A DNA stretch of 64,000 nucleotides from Octopus vulgaris (GCA_951406725.2 OX597814.1:164982001-165046000); one strand, 5' to 3'. Shown: positions 13,092-30,119, numbered from the stretch's first letter. The notes: generated from the sequence alone by a model not told the origin. A program made the numbers and translations.

Positions 13092-13503
13092 ATGTGTGTG
13101 TGTCAGTGTGTGTGTCTGTGTGTGTGTCTCTGTGTGTGTCTGTGTGTGTGTATGTGTGTGTGTATGCGTGTGTGTGTGTGTGTGTGTTTAAGTAGAGAAA
13201 GAAAAGGGAAATGAAGAAAACATCTAACAATGTAGAAACCTTTAAAAAAAATCTTTAGATTTCAGGCACAAAAGCCTATCTTTAGAAATGTCTAGTTACA
13301 TCGATTTCGTTATTTTACTTTAAACTGCTAGGTGTATGGGTTAGCAACAGTGACAGAAACTCTGCAACTATAGGTCGTTGTGATTTATTTTCCTGTGTTG
13401 GTGGCGGTGGTGGTGGTGGTGGTGGTGGTGGTGGTGGTGGTGGTGGTAGAAGATGGTGCTAGTGGCGTATGTTATGATGTTGGTCGTAGTCACCGTGATT
13501 TAT

Positions 13504-13715
13504 TCATAGGAGCCACCGGCCCATCTTCGATCGACGGTTAATTTTCGGGTTGAGGCGGTAGTTCAATATAGATTCCTTGATTCGGAGATTTCCTGTTTTC
13601 CTCTCTGAGGCTAATATGGGGGCTTCTACCTCTTTAGGGGTGTAAACGCATTTGGATGTTTGCGGAAAGGTGACACGTCGGTAGTGGTGGGCTTCTTCAT
13701 TCAGACGCGGAGGTC
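13504..13715 (-). mobile_element. PLE GIY-YIG endonuclease C-terminal fragment
   Basis: Translation ...PILASERKTGNLRIKESILNYRLNPKINR fits the IL..E....L.I.E..I....P.LN end of PLE endonucleases. Confidence 0.55.
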
Positions 13716-13813
13716 TTAAAAAGAATATATACGGTATACACATGCACACACTACATATGTATGCACACATACACACATACATATATATCTATGTATGTAT
13801 GTATGTATGTAAC

Positions 13814-13847
<34 letters not shown>

Positions 13848-14321
13848 CCCTTATTTAGGAATGTGTATCATATATGATGCATGGTCGCCACGGAAATATG
13901 TCCTGTATATCACATATGATAGACAGGACGAGTATAGGGTTAAAAGGCATATTGACAGTCTTCAGAATACTAAAGCTATAAGATTTTATTTTCTCAAGGC
14001 CTTCTATAACTGCAGATGAACAGTTTTCGAGCTTCTCGACTGGCAGCAATTTTATGCTTGATTAAAATAGGTCAGTCCTCCCATACTTGTATCATGCGTT
14101 TTGCACATGTCTAATGATTTTCTTTTGAACATTTTCAGTTGAAGATTCGAATTCCATTTTGGAATCTCAATCTTAGATGGATTAAATTTTCTCCAATTTC
14201 TCTTAAAATATGATGCAGGCATCGTAAAAGCATAGTAAAACTAAACTGAATGCTCTCTAAAAACAGGGGCATTATCTTTTGTTATTCTGGATGTTGACTG
14301 ACAAAACTGAAGTTAAAAATA

Positions 14322-14570
14322 ATGAATACATTGACAGTCTTCAAATCTCTGCTATTAGAATCATTTAGGAATTGCTATGTCAGCAGAAATAGAAGTTACA
14401 AAAGCTCTGTAGAAGAGGACTTACATGAGCAGATAAATCTTGACTTGGAGATTTCAGTTGTCAGTCAAATGACAAATGAAGAAACTGTAAGTATGATGTG
14501 CCAGTGATGGTAGGAGAACATCCATGAATAAGAAGTTAGAGCACAAGAGGATGATAATGCATTAAATGAC
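14322..14570 (+). mobile_element. Possible pogo/Tigger transposase C-terminal remnant
   Basis: VEEDLHEQINLDLEISVVSQMTNEETVSM resembles the acidic tail of pogo/Tigger transposases; highly decayed. Confidence 0.3.
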
Positions 14571-14767
14571 GAAAGATTTTCAATAGACATTTATATTCAG
14601 TTAGCCACCGACATATTTGCGGGGCTTCAGCACTGAACTTCTATATCTGAACAAGTGATGATTGTGTATATAAGCTAGTCAAAACATATATAAGCTAGTC
14701 AAAACACAAAAAAGCTTAACTATATGGTACAGATATCAATCTGTTAGACATCGTCTAGAAGATTATT

Positions 14768-14944
14768 GTTTAAAATTTTGGCACAAGGCCAGCAATATCG
14801 GGGTTAGTCGATTACATCGACACTAGTGTCGAAAGAATGACAGAAAACGTTGACCTCGATTGAATTTGAACTCAGAAGGCAATGACGGACGAGATATCAG
14901 GAAGCATCTGCCAGGCGTGCTAACGATTCTACCAGCTCGCCACC
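14768..14944 (-). mobile_element. SINE family A (internally deleted)
   Basis: Reverse complement of the family A head and tail. Confidence 0.75.
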
Positions 14945-15689
14945 TTCTGGAAGATTATTAACGAGAATGTTAAACATTTCTGTATTAACAGATGTAGACA
15001 TGCATAATTTTTAAGAGATAGTTTACGTGTCAGTAGATCTTACTTTTCTTTGTTTTTCTCCTAATCTAGATATTTTGTCTCACATTAAACACGTGCCAAT
15101 AAAATGTAACTTCTTTTAATTCTATGTGACTTCTCTATTACTGGGCTAGTTCTATGGCTGTAAAATTGTGTCACAGAACCAGCACATGAATAAAGAAACT
15201 AAACAAGCATGAACTAGAGTTAAACTTTCAGAACTTGTACAATTTATGTATTATTTTACCATCTTCTATTCTAGACTTCATTAATTAAACTTGCAGTGTT
15301 AGTGAGGCTCAATTTGTATGATAATAAAACTTGCTCTGAATTAAAATGAAACTAAGAATGTAAACTCCGTTTCTTTTATCAAATGACAGGTACATTATTA
15401 ATAAGTATATAAGACATACTATTTACTTCATTCATTAGTAGAGTAATATGACAGACTATACAGGGTTTCTCTAACCCTTCTTCTCCCACTTTCTCTTCCT
15501 TTTCTCTCTCGCTCTCTCTCTCTCTCTCTTTCTCTCTCCCTCTCTCTTGTTCTCTATAGCCTCTAACTTTCTCCCTTTAACTAATTAACAAATTCTATTA
15601 ATTTTCTCGCAAGCTCTACATCTTTCTTACTACTTCCATTTCTATCTCTCTCCCTTTATATATATATATATTTGGTACTATTGTGGTCA

Positions 15690-15935
15690 CGTAATCAAAG
15701 TTTGAGCCTGATCGTGCCGTTTTTCTTTCTGGTTTACAGTGTAAGCATGGCCGCTCCTCTTGCCATGTACACTAAAAAAAGACAAAGAGCAGTGATCCGA
15801 TTTCTCTAGTCGGAAGGTGTGTCAGGTACTGAAATTCATCGAGGCTTTTTGCACAATACGGGGATCGAGAAGTATAAAAGTGGTGGGACAAGCGTGACGC
15901 ACGAAGAGGAAGCAGGACACCCGTAAACCTCCACC
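15690..15935 (+). mobile_element. Mariner transposase N-terminal (HTH) remnant
   Basis: From ATG 15747: MAAPLAMYTKKRQRAVIRFL*SEGVSGTEIHR..AQYG / IEKYKSGGTSVTHEEEAGHP, a mariner-type HTH with a stop and a deletion. Confidence 0.75.
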
Positions 15936-15970
<35 letters not shown>

Positions 15971-16278
15971 CAGTTAATTAATATAAAATAAATATTTCCT
16001 CAGAGCACAGACTGTGTACTGGAATTAGCAGAGTATTGGACCTTCAACTACGGCAAGTAAAAGTCATTAGATAACTTGTCACCAATACACAAATCAAAAA
16101 ATCAGCGCTCAAAATATACTACAGGTAATTTTAGAAATACTCTTTGAACATGTGTAACATCAGGAAAGATGGCATATAAATGGATGAATGAACTGGAATA
16201 AAACCAATGTTGTCTTCAAAACATATGTCGAAAGTAAAAGAATTTGAATAACACCTGCATTCAACTCCATTTATTTAC

Positions 16279-16342
<64 letters not shown>

Positions 16343-16344
<2 letters not shown>

Positions 16345-16753
16345 TCTCTCTTTTACTCTTTTACTTGTTTCAGTCATTTGACTGCGGCCATGCTGGAGCA
16401 GCGCCTTTAGTCGAGCAAATCGACCCCGGGACTTATTCTTTTTAAGCTCAGTACTTATTTTATCAGTCTCTTTTGCCGAACCGCTAAGTGACGGGGACGT
16501 AAACACACCAGCATCGGTTGTCAAGCAATGCTAGGGGGACAAACACAGACACACAAACACACACACATACATATATATATACATATATACGACAGGCTTC
16601 TATCAGTTTCCGTCTACCAAATCCACTCACAAGGCATTAGTCGGCCCGGGGCTATAGCAGAAGACACTTGCCCAAGATGCCACGCAGTGGGACTGAACCC
16701 GGAACCATGTGGTTGTTTAGCAAGCTACTTACCACACAGCCACTCCTGCGCCT
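16343..16753 (-). mobile_element. SINE family B (CORE-like), full length
   Basis: Head AGGCGCAGGAGTGGCTGTGTGG, B-box-like GGTTCAGTCC, CORE-like GCATCTTGGGCAAGTGTCTT, tail TGACTGAAACAAGTAAAAGAGT. Confidence 0.88.
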
Positions 16754-17397
16754 ACCTTAATATAGAAATAAACAAGATAAATTAGTCATTTTATATTTGC
16801 AATAAATATCTTATTGTTTTACTGCCTTTATTAATATAATCGCAATCTACTCCATCAAAAACTTATCCCTGAAACTTTCATTAAAAACATGCGCATTTAC
16901 AGAAAGTTATAATGCCACCAAGCTTCATATGTGCACTCACCGTACACGTCTTATGTTGCCTCGATTTTTCTTTACGCTTTTTCTAAATGATGTAAATAGT
17001 GAGTGAAGATTCAACCAACCAACTAACCAGCCAACAATTATATCTGTTATTCTTATATAGATTATATGAATTAGGTACTAAAACATTTCTATGTCCGAGT
17101 GTGCATTCGTTTTAGATGCAGTAAATTTAATTTCAGTGTCTTATTAGACTTTAAGTGAGTTTATTTTAAATGTAATAACTTCCCTGCTAAAAATGCTTTC
17201 CATTCAAAAATATTTTTTATCTATGTATTATTTTTTCTGTCTCTCAACAGATACATGTATATATTTGTATGTATGTATGTATGTATGTATGTATGTATGT
17301 ATGTATGTATGTATGTATGTATGTATGTATGTATGTATGTATGTATGTATGTATGTATGTGTGTGTGTATTATGTATAGATAGATAGATAGACAGAC

Positions 17398-17460
<63 letters not shown>

Positions 17461-17461
17461 G

Positions 17462-18046
<585 letters not shown>

Positions 18047-18057
18047 CATCTCTCTCA

Positions 18058-18113
<56 letters not shown>

Positions 18114-18118
18114 CTCTC

Positions 18119-18190
<72 letters not shown>

Positions 18191-18191
18191 C

Positions 18192-18239
<48 letters not shown>

Positions 18240-18373
18240 TTGTATATATAAACATATGTATATATAGATATATCTATATATGTGTGTGTGTGTGTGTATA
18301 GTGAGAGAGACAGAGACATTACATGCATAGAGAGACAGACAAACAGATAGAAAGATAGATAGATAGATGGATG

Positions 18374-18493
<120 letters not shown>

Positions 18494-18821
18494 CAGTTAA
18501 AATACAATCTAGCAAATCTAACAAAACTATTTCTACGTGTAAAACATGTTAAGCAAAGAAACTGACTCGAAATGAATTCACATTCACAGTAATAATGTAA
18601 TTAAATATTGGAAATCTGAAATGAATGAACAATGAGAAATTGAGACATTGTCAGGTATACACACACACATACACGCTTATGCACCCGCACATATAAAGAT
18701 ATACATATATACATATATATAGAGAGAGAGTGAGAGTGAGAGGGAAAGTGAGTGGGGGTGAAAGAGATGGATAGACCTAATTATATACATATCTACATGC
18801 ATACATATAGATACATATACT

Positions 18822-19153
18822 AGGTCTGACCGAAACGATTGTTGCTATGGTAACGGAGCTAAAGTACATGCAGGGATGCTACTTGGAATAAATTGACCTC
18901 GAAATTTGTATGAAAACAGTCATAACAGGTGACAACTCATTAGTTCATGGTTATGACCCCAAAACCAAGTCTCATGGTTATGACCCCAAAAGAATTCCCG
19001 GGAATGCTTCCATGAGCGGAAACGGCTCTGGATACTGTGTGCGACTTCAGAAAAGGATAATGTGTGTGACTTCGAAGGAGATTAGATGCCGAATTGTTAT
19101 GTGTTGTAATTTTCTTTTTACAGTACTAGTCGTGAGATTTTTTTATCAGACTT
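18822..19153 (+). mobile_element. Internally deleted mariner element
   Basis: [19 protein letters not shown] (ITGDExWVYGYDPETK motif), C-terminal ...DFEGD*, imperfect TIRs GGTCTGA/TCAGACT, 20-bp internal tandem duplication. Confidence 0.7.
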
Positions 19154-19259
19154 TGAATACATTTGTACACCCGAGTGTGTATGTATGTATGTATGTATGT
19201 ATGTATGTATGTATGTATGTATGTATGTATGTATGTATGTATGTTTGTTTGTTTGTTTG

Positions 19260-19348
19260 TATTTCAAGATTTCTTGCCAATAGAGAAAGAGTCGGTTTCT
19301 AACCTAGATCCAAGGTTCCTTCATGGGAATTTCAACATCAACAACAGG
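19260..19348 (-). repeat. (TACA)n-tailed repeat module
   Basis: Homologous to 34250-34350 and 36762-36865 (GAAATTCC.ATGAAGGA.CCTTGGATCT..GT.AGAAAC). Confidence 0.7.
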
Positions 19349-19449
19349 TATTTTTGTATGTATGTATATGTGCAGATTTGTATATTTTGTTTTATGTATG
19401 TATTCTCTTACATATACTTACATATTTAGACATGCTCATATATTCTTAA

Positions 19450-21210
<1,761 letters not shown>

Positions 21211-21420
21211 TAATTATAATTAATATAGGATAAAATTTTTCGGGAAAAAAATTTTATCAATGGCCAACATATCAAAAAATGCCTTTAAAGGTAAAATTTA
21301 TACATAATTTACAGAAGAAAAATTCTAATGCCAAATATGCCGAAACAAAAAATTGTCGATAACCATTAAATTTAGGCGTCTCGAAACAAACCGATAGAAA
21401 TCTCTAAAAAGTTCGTTGTT

Positions 21421-21477
21421 ACCGTATTGGTCCAATTTCGGGGTTAATTCATAAGAAATTTTCCCCTCTTCAGCGGC
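21421..21477 (-). ncRNA. Minimal type-I hammerhead ribozyme
   Basis: Minus strand: gccg-CTGAAGA-GGGG..(19 nt)..CCCC-GAAA-TTGG-A-CCAA-TA-cggt; stems I, II and III all pair. Confidence 0.75.
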
Positions 21478-21907
21478 AAATACGCGAGATATAAATGAAA
21501 TACTTACTCATACCCATGGAAAAGGCAAGCACTAAGTCCCGAGCAGACTTAAGTACCCCAAATATATCTAAAATAGAAAAATCTTCGGCGCACCTCGAGA
21601 CAGAAATATAAGGGCACCCAACCATAGTAGCATGATGGCATCTACCATTCCGTGTGATGAAACTATCAAACTTATGCCAGAGTGAAAAGCAGACGCATGA
21701 TGATAATGACAATGATCATAATGATGGTGACATGTGTATGTGTGTGTGAGTCTGTGCGTGAGCGTAGTGTGCGCGTGTGTTTGTGTATGCGCGTGTGTGT
21801 GTATATTGTATATGCATCTGAGTACTTCATACTATAAAACATACGTGCGTATATATATATACATACCTACACTCACACACTCACATATATTCATATATAC
21901 ACCCACT

Positions 21908-22070
21908 CGACGGGCTTTGATACTGTTTCCGTCTACCAATTTCACTCACAAGATGTTAGTCAGGTTGGATCTAAAGTAGTAGACGCTTGTCCAAGCTACC
22001 ACGCAGTGAGACAGAATCTGAAACCGCAAGGTTGCAAACCGAACCTCATTACCACACCGTCATAGCTGCT
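21908..22070 (-). mobile_element. SINE family B 5' part, diverged
   Basis: Reverse complement of the family B head and core (TTGGTAGACGGAAAC). Confidence 0.65.
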
Positions 22071-22186
22071 GCTGTTTGGATCATTCTTATTTTAAGGCTC
22101 TTTGGGGTAACTGCATCCACTCAGGAGGACCCTAATAGACATTCGATTTTTAACAAATTCTGTTATATTTTCATACTTAAATATTA

Positions 22187-22700
22187 CCGTAAATCCTCGA
22201 GTATAATCTGCATTTATTCCCCAAAATTTAAAGGTCAAAATTCCTAGTGCATACTATATACGAGGTTAAAAATGAAAAATATTTTCGAAGCAATGTCCGC
22301 GTCTCTATTTGCTGTCCGGCAATGTTTATTCAGACGCATTTTATGATGTCGAGCAAGAAAATACCTTAAGCTAAGCCTGAAAGCAATGAAGTCATAAAAG
22401 AATCTGCCATAACTTGCAGTTAGCAACATTTATTAAACGTTATTACTGTTATTTCTTTATTCTCTGCAAACAAAATGGACAAAAAAGCTACACATTTGCA
22501 TTATGTTATATATATACAATAATAATAAAGGACGTTACAGTATACATTTTTACAAACCAAGGACGTTATAGAGACCTCCTTGATTTAAGTTAGAGAATGG
22601 GTGCGTATTATACACAAAGTTGAAATTTTTCAGAGGTACAGCCCCCTAAAAATCCCCTGCATATTATACTCAAGGACGGACTATACTCGAGGATTTACAG
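22187..22700. mobile_element. Tc1/mariner-pogo type MITE
   Basis: 24-bp TIRs CCGTAAATCCTCGAGTATAATCTG / CGGACTATACTCGAGGATTTACAG flanked by TA on both sides (22185-86, 22701-02); no coding capacity. Confidence 0.85.
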
Positions 22701-23049
22701 TATGCGGAATCGTATATAAAGAACTCTTGAAATGTTTTGTGTATTTAAGAAGTGGAACCAATTTATTGCACATAATTTTTAACACCAAATTCCTGTATGC
22801 ACCCCTAAGTGTCATATGGACCCCGGTTGACAATCACTACTCAACCGTCTTAAAAGAGAAGAACATTTTGAACAACGTAGCTGAAGATATTTGGAGTAAA
22901 GGACTTGGAAGGCTTTTGACCATAGGTTCACTGAATCAAGAATAATCCGGATTTTAACAACACCACGATCAGCATTACTACGACCACCATCACCAAAGCG
23001 GCCAACAATACCACCATCACAACAAGCACAAGCATAAATAACAAGATTA

Positions 23050-23383
23050 CCATAAGGTTCCGGGTTCAGTCCCCCAGCGTAGCACCTTGGGCAAATGTCT
23101 TTTAGTATATCCTCGGACAGATCAAAGCCTTGTGAGTGGATATGGCTGACGGAAATTGAAAGAAGCCTGTTGTGTATGTGCACGCGCATTTTGTGTCCGT
23201 GTTTGTCTCCCACCACCGCTGGACAAGCGATGTTGGTTTGTTTATACCCCTGTAACATAACAGTTTGGCAAAAAAGACCAACAGAATAAGTACTAGCCTT
23301 TAAACAAAAGTACTGGTGTCGATTCAATCGACTTAAAATTCATGATGGCTGCAGTTTAGTGATTGAAACGAGTAGTAAGCAAT
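23050..23383 (+). mobile_element. SINE family B
   Basis: GGTTCAGTCC, GCACCTTGGGCAAATGTCT core and family tail. Confidence 0.8.
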
Positions 23384-23665
23384 ATATATATATATATATG
23401 TTTTTTCCGCCACTTTCAGCATCACCGCTGTCTCCACCACAATAATCATGATCTCTACCCTGACTACCACCACCATCATCATCATCGTCATCATCATCGT
23501 CATCATCATCATCATCATCATCGCCTTCGCCACCAATAGCACTACCATCACCATCACCACCACCACCACCACTATCAAGACCGCCATCACCTAACATCAC
23601 CACCATCACCCTCAACACTATGATCAACACTGCCGTCACAAATATTGTTACTATTCTTCTTCTTC

Positions 23666-23697
<32 letters not shown>

Positions 23698-25639
23698 CTT
23701 CTTCTTCTTCTTCTTCTTCTTCTTCTTCTTCTTCTTCTTCTTCTTCTTCTTCTTCTTCTTCTTCTTCTTTTTCTTCTTCTTCTTCTTTTCTTCTTCTTCT
23801 TCTTCTTCTTCTTCTTTCTTTTTCTACTTCTTCTTCTTCTTCTTCTTTCTTTTTCTACTTCTTCTACTTCTTCTTCTTCTTCTTCTTTCTTTTTCTACTT
23901 CTTCTACTTCTTCTCCTTCTTCCTTCTCCTCTACCTCATCATCATCATCATCATCATCCTCACCATCAAGCCCCCATCGCCGCCGTCGCCGTCACCGTAA
24001 ACAACATTGACACCACCGCCACTACTCTCATTATATACATGATAATCATCCCGTTGTGATTACTTCCACCACACCCTTACATGGCGTCCATCCTTAACCC
24101 CTTCCTCACCCACATTCTAAATCCCCCACCCCCACCCCCCAGCGGTACTCTTGCCTATCGCAACAACTTTGCTTCTGTGCCGTTACTTCGCCACCACCAC
24201 TACCACTCACCATAGCTACCCCTACCCATCACCACAACCTTTACCAGTACTTACCGCCGCCGCCACCACCACCACCACCACGACGGACGCATACCCCTTT
24301 ACCTACATAACTATCCTCTCATATCACCGTCACCACCACAACCCAACCTGAAATCTTCTATGACAGCATCAACGCTACGGCAACCACCATCCCTGGGATC
24401 CCCCTCCACTATCAACTCGGCTCACCTATCTCTTCTCCCACCCTACACTCACAGACACACTAGCGCCACAAACACCGCCGCCACCATTACCGTCATTATC
24501 CATCACAATTTGCTAAATTTAGAATGCCTAGACGGCGAAATGGAGCAGAGAGATAAGAGAGAGGGAGAGAGGGGGGAGAGAGAGAAGAGAGAGGAGAGAG
24601 GAGAGAGAGACGGGAAGAGAGAGAAGAGAGAGAGAGAAGATAGAAAAGAGAGAGAAGAGAAAGGAGAGAGTGAAGAGAAGACACACAGCGAGAAGAGACA
24701 GAAAGACAGAGAATGAGAAAGAAAGAGAGGAAAAATTCTTTAGAGTTATTGAGAGTTATAGGGGAAAAATCAGAATAGAGAAAACAAAGACAGAAAGCAA
24801 GAGAGATGACAAGAGAGGGAGAAAGGCTAACGAAAGAGGGAGAATGGGGAAGAAGAGAGAATAAAAATGAGTAGAATTAGAAAGTGAAAGGGAGAAAGAG
24901 AGAAAGAACGTCAAATGGGAGAGGGGGAATTGGAGCATTCCGTGGTACTGTATTAAGAGAACAAAATGAAATTCCAGAGCGGGAAGGTGGCGATGGATAG
25001 GGTGTTAGTGGATTCTTTATCTTAAAACAGAACCAGAACTCAAATCTCTGCCACATCCGTCACCCATACAACCACCCCCACACACTCATCTATAACCCGA
25101 TAAATTCGAAACATCGGAGAGAATTCCTACAGGTTGATACTGGCATGATCTGATGCTGGTTTTGCTGCTTTGTTGAGTCATACATACACACACAAGTATC
25201 CCACTATCACGCTCTTGTTACACCACCCTAACACACCGCTTCCACCAATTCACAGCATGTCCAGATTCTTTACATGCCAACACACCACGCTACATTTCCC
25301 TTCTTTAGTTGGCCAGACATTCTGTAAGCGAACTCGCTTTGTATAACACGAAACCCCACTGGTATTTACCCCACGAACTGAAATTCTCAACTTATGGCCA
25401 AATCTGACAAATATTGGCTTCAATTTGACTAGGTAATCCATAGTTTGACACTTCCTTATATAAGGATTAAGAAATGGTACTTGAAGCGTCGTATTTATTA
25501 GTTTCAACCAACAACATCAATTATACAATTCTGCATTAATTACGTAAAATAAACTGGTATCAATAGCTGGTCGAAATCAGATCACATGCTTCGTTCGTCG
25601 GGATCTTTTAATTCCCGATCAATATGAGGAATAGGAAAG

Positions 25640-25831
25640 CCGGAAAGCTGGCACGCGGGCAAAATGTTTAGCAGCATTTCGTCCGTCTTTACGTTCTGAT
25701 TTCAAATTCTGCCGAGGTCGATTTTGTTTTCCATCCTTTCGGTGTCGATAAAATAAGTTGATTACAGGGTTCGATATAATTGACTAGCCCCCACCCCCCG
25801 AAAGTGCTGACCTTGTGCCAAAATTTTAAAC
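25640..25831 (+). mobile_element. SINE family A
   Basis: Family A body and tail CCTTGTGCCAAAATTT. Confidence 0.75.
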
Positions 25832-27035
25832 TAATAGGAGGGTGCTGAATCTTTGTTGCACTGCTTCGGTCGAATTTTTAATAGGCTTTAAAATTCTAAT
25901 GGTTTTTGTCAGTTCCTTGGTAATTTAGCAATGGAAAGAAATATGGTACTCAAAAACATTTCTAACAGCGCACATCAAATATGAGAAATTGTTGTTTAGT
26001 CCCGTACCAACATCGATCGTGTAGTCTAATGGTCAAAGCATCCTAGCTCTGATTTCACCCGCGTCTTTTATCCATTTGTATAGGGTTGTACTCGAGATGT
26101 CATTTTCCAACGTTTCCCTTTAAGACGGTAGGATATATGACTTCAGTATCTAGCAAGCGGAGCGATCATGTAGTCGTTTACTAAGCTCTAGATGTTTCAT
26201 GTACATGCTTGATTGAAGCATTCGAGTTTGGGATATTTCCTTATTGTCAGCAGTGGATTTGTCTTGTGTCAGAAGAAAGGAAAGACGTTAACGCTATGGT
26301 CAAACTGGAAGATGTACAAGTATATCTTGCTGTTTCTTTTTATGTCTTCTTTAAGCGGTTTTTTTTTTTTAAGTGTTTCGTATGAGAGTTTGCTTGCGGT
26401 TGAACTACGGATATATTACTTATGTTTGTTACTGCGGCAGTAATTGTGGTCAGGCCGTTGTGAGAATTTCTCATGCTGCTAATTATTTCATGCAGTGATT
26501 TAGTTTGTTTGGGCAGAAATCTCCACCAGTTTCTGCATTTTTTCCTTTTGTTTGCTTATAAATACTTTATTGTTCTTGTCTTATATTTTTTTGGCGCTGG
26601 CTTATTTCACTCGTGACTGTCTCTAGTTTCATCAGTTTGTTTCAATTTCTCCTGATTTCTAATTTGTTTACGTGAGATATTTGGTGCTCTTGTCTGTTTA
26701 TATGCATAAATATTGAATATATTTGTTTCGTGAAAAATCGTCCATTTCAGATTCCTTCACACATTAGAGTCAGGAGTGAACTATGTACTGCATTTTCCAA
26801 TTCTTTGAGTCAAACTTTCACCATTCCTCCAGCATCCCAGTCTTCTGTTCAGGCATATTATATCCAAGATTTCTGTTTAGAGAATGCGTGGGCTGAGACT
26901 ACGCGCCTTCATTGGTCAATTAAAGTTGAGACAGTGTCACGTGACAACTTGCTGGGGCTGCCTGCTGGAGCCTAGCAGCAGGTATTTAAAGGAAAAACTG
27001 ACAAGACAGTCAGTCGCCCGCTGACACTCGTTGAC

Positions 27036-27245
27036 GCTACATCGAAGAGGCCAGGGAACAGAAGAAAGAAGTCATGCACTCAACACCAGAGTTGCAGACA
27101 CCTCCGAAAGGGAAGGGAGGCGCCACGTCAAAACAGTAGAGGAGTAGGGGCCGAAACCGGACGTGGTTCCTCCTGATGATGTCTTGAGCTAACTGGATCC
27201 TATAAAGGAGCTGTTGTGGTAGCAGACCACGAAACACGGTTGAAA
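27036..27245 (+). other. Two adjacent decayed hammerhead-like motifs (probable old PLE terminal repeat)
   Basis: gctac-ATCGAAGA-GGCC...GGCC-GAAAC-CG-GAC-gtggt, then CTGATGA-TGTCT..GCTA...TAGC-AGACCAC-GAAAC-ACG-GTT. Confidence 0.45.
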
Positions 27246-27954
27246 TTCCTATATTCGTTAAATATCCAGTAGGTAGACTGAATTTTAAGAGGAAGTAGTG
27301 GCGATGACGATGGCAAAAATATATTATGCCAAGAAGAAAGAAGGATGAGATTCCAGCTACAATATGTTTGAGCATAAGGTCTGCGGCTAAACAACAATCA
27401 ATCAAAACCATCAATGCCATGAAGGATATCAATAGTGCAAGCCATCAAGGTACCTCCACCATCACCACCAGCATTACTACCAAGACACCACACAAACAGC
27501 AAAGTTTCAGAGGCGTTAGAAGTTAGGAAAAATGCCTTGCAGTACTTGTCCCGGTACTTAGCGTTCATATTCTAAGTTGTTAGACTTAACCAGACAGCCA
27601 ATCGAACACCACCACCTTGTCCTTGGACATTCTTTGTAGGATTCACTCTGTTGCTAGCATTCAGGTCAGGTCTTCGGTTTCTTGGTAACTTACTCCCATC
27701 TTCGTTAACTGGGTAATTAACTAATCTATAGTTTGATTAATCATTCAGTTAATCAATCAGTTATGTTTGTCAAAGTCCCTTTGCCGCCATTCACGACCTC
27801 TTCGATGACATGGCCTCTCTACACCAGGTCAGCTTCAGGTCAGTACTAAAGCTGACCTCATAATGGATAAAGTAGTCTTTGATATATACAAAGTGACAGG
27901 ATGATCATGGCTGGTATCAAACAACTGCAACTCTAGTACCCCTTTCACGATTTT

Positions 27955-28590
27955 CAACACCACCATCACAACAACACCATGTCAATTATCACCTCACCTC
28001 AAACACTGTCCCTATCACCACCACCATCACACTATCACCGTGTCGACCGAAACTATTCGCCATCTTCACGCACACAACTACCACTACAGTCACCAACGTC
28101 ACCACTACAAAAGACCTCTACAAGCACCAGCACCTCCGTTACCATCATCATCACCACCACTATCTCTACCACTACTACCACCGACACTGCAACAACCCCA
28201 GCTTTACCGCAACAACATCCATTGCAACCACCACCACCACCACCATAACTACCATCACATCCACCACTACAACCACCACAGCATTCACCACCACAACCAC
28301 CATCATCATCACCAGCACAGCCACAAACACAATCACGACCACGACCACCACTGTCAGAAGCCCTACCAGAAGCACCACCACAACATCTACTACCACCACG
28401 ACATTCACTACCAAAACGACATCCACTACCACCACTGTCACCATCACCACCACGACAATAGCCACCACCACCACATCCACCACCGAACCACTGCCCAAAC
28501 CACAACCACCACCATCACCCCCTCAGCAACCACTACCACAAACCTTATAAGAACCATTGCCGCTTCGCCACCATTTCCACCACTAGCACC
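27955..28590. repeat. Degenerate (CAC/CAT/CAA)n triplet low-complexity block
   Basis: Cryptic trinucleotide repeat that gives poly-His/Thr/Pro ORFs in several frames. Confidence 0.85.
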
Positions 28591-29148
28591 AAGACCACTT
28601 GAGTGATCTACGTCAGAGAGCAAACGATGGAGAATAAACAATGAAGATAGATGAAATCAACAGCATCCCTCGCGTTGTAGCCCACCCCCGCATCTTTCTA
28701 CATCAGTACATCTTTCCACATATAGATGTGTGTGAAATGGGGAAGGGGAATCAGGGTGTTGGTGTGTGGTGGTGGTGGGGGCGAATATGCGTGAGAGAAA
28801 AATGGACAGAAACATAGAGACAGGGAGAGAGGGAAGAGGCGTGAGAAGAGAGATAGAAAGAGAGGGAAAGAAGGCGAGAGAGTGAGAAATAGAGAAAAGG
28901 AAAGAGAGAGAAAGGAAGATAGAGAGAGAGAGAATGAGATATGCTGGGAAGGCAGACAGAAAGCCAGCGATAAAGGGACAACGACCGTCGACAATAACGA
29001 TGATGATGATGATGATGATGATGACGATTATGGTGATGGTGGTGGTGATCGTGGTATTGGCGGCGAATTCAGGGGTAGTAGTGTTGGTGGTGGTGGTGAT
29101 GCGAAGCTTCAGAAAAGAAAAAGATAGATAGATAGATAGATAGAATAA

Positions 29149-29265
<117 letters not shown>

Positions 29266-29289
29266 GACAGACAGAAAGACAGACAGAGG

Positions 29290-29340
<51 letters not shown>

Positions 29341-30083
29341 GAAGAGAAGACAGACAGTCAGACGTACGGACAGACAGACGGACAGGCAAACTGACAGACA
29401 GACAGAGTGAATGAGTGAGCGAGTGAGTGAGTGAGTAAGTGAGTGAGTGAGTGAGGAAAGGAGAGAGGAAAGAAGAGAAAGAAAAAGAGGAGTAGAACTT
29501 AAGAATGAGTGAAGCTAACCGAAGAAAGACATAGCATGTGTGCAAACATTGAGAAGTGTCCGAGTTAATCAGACGGAGGAGAGGGTGAGAGAAGAGAAGG
29601 AGGAGGAGGGAAGTTGGCAGTCAGACAGACAGACAAACAGTGGCAGAAAGACAGATAGACAGAGTATAAGTGAAACAGTGGTTGGTGGAATGCAGGTACG
29701 CCGTTTCAACAAAGCATGTCTTGTAAGGGGTTCTTCCGTCGACTTTACGGAATGGAGTTGCCGGAAGCAAGAGTTATTTTCAGACAGACTCACTAAATCA
29801 GATTGATGAATCAATCTTTGGCCAACAATGGCGTAATAGTGCTGCGAGCTTCATTCTTTAGAACGGACGAGTAAACACGAGTAAACTCAATCCCCCACTA
29901 CACACACTCATACACACACACACACACACACATACACACACATACACACACATACACACACACATACAAACATACATATATATATATACATGTTTGTGCA
30001 TATATGTATATGTATATATGTATGTACGCATATGTGTATGCTATATATGTCTATAGTACATATGTGTGTGTGTGTGCGCGCGC

Positions 30084-30119
<36 letters not shown>

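Noticed and set aside
28040-28606. 188-aa histidine-rich ORF, and the Gly/Cys-rich antisense ORF
   Set aside because: Arises from degenerate (CAC)n repeats open in several frames on both strands; no convincing start or splice context.
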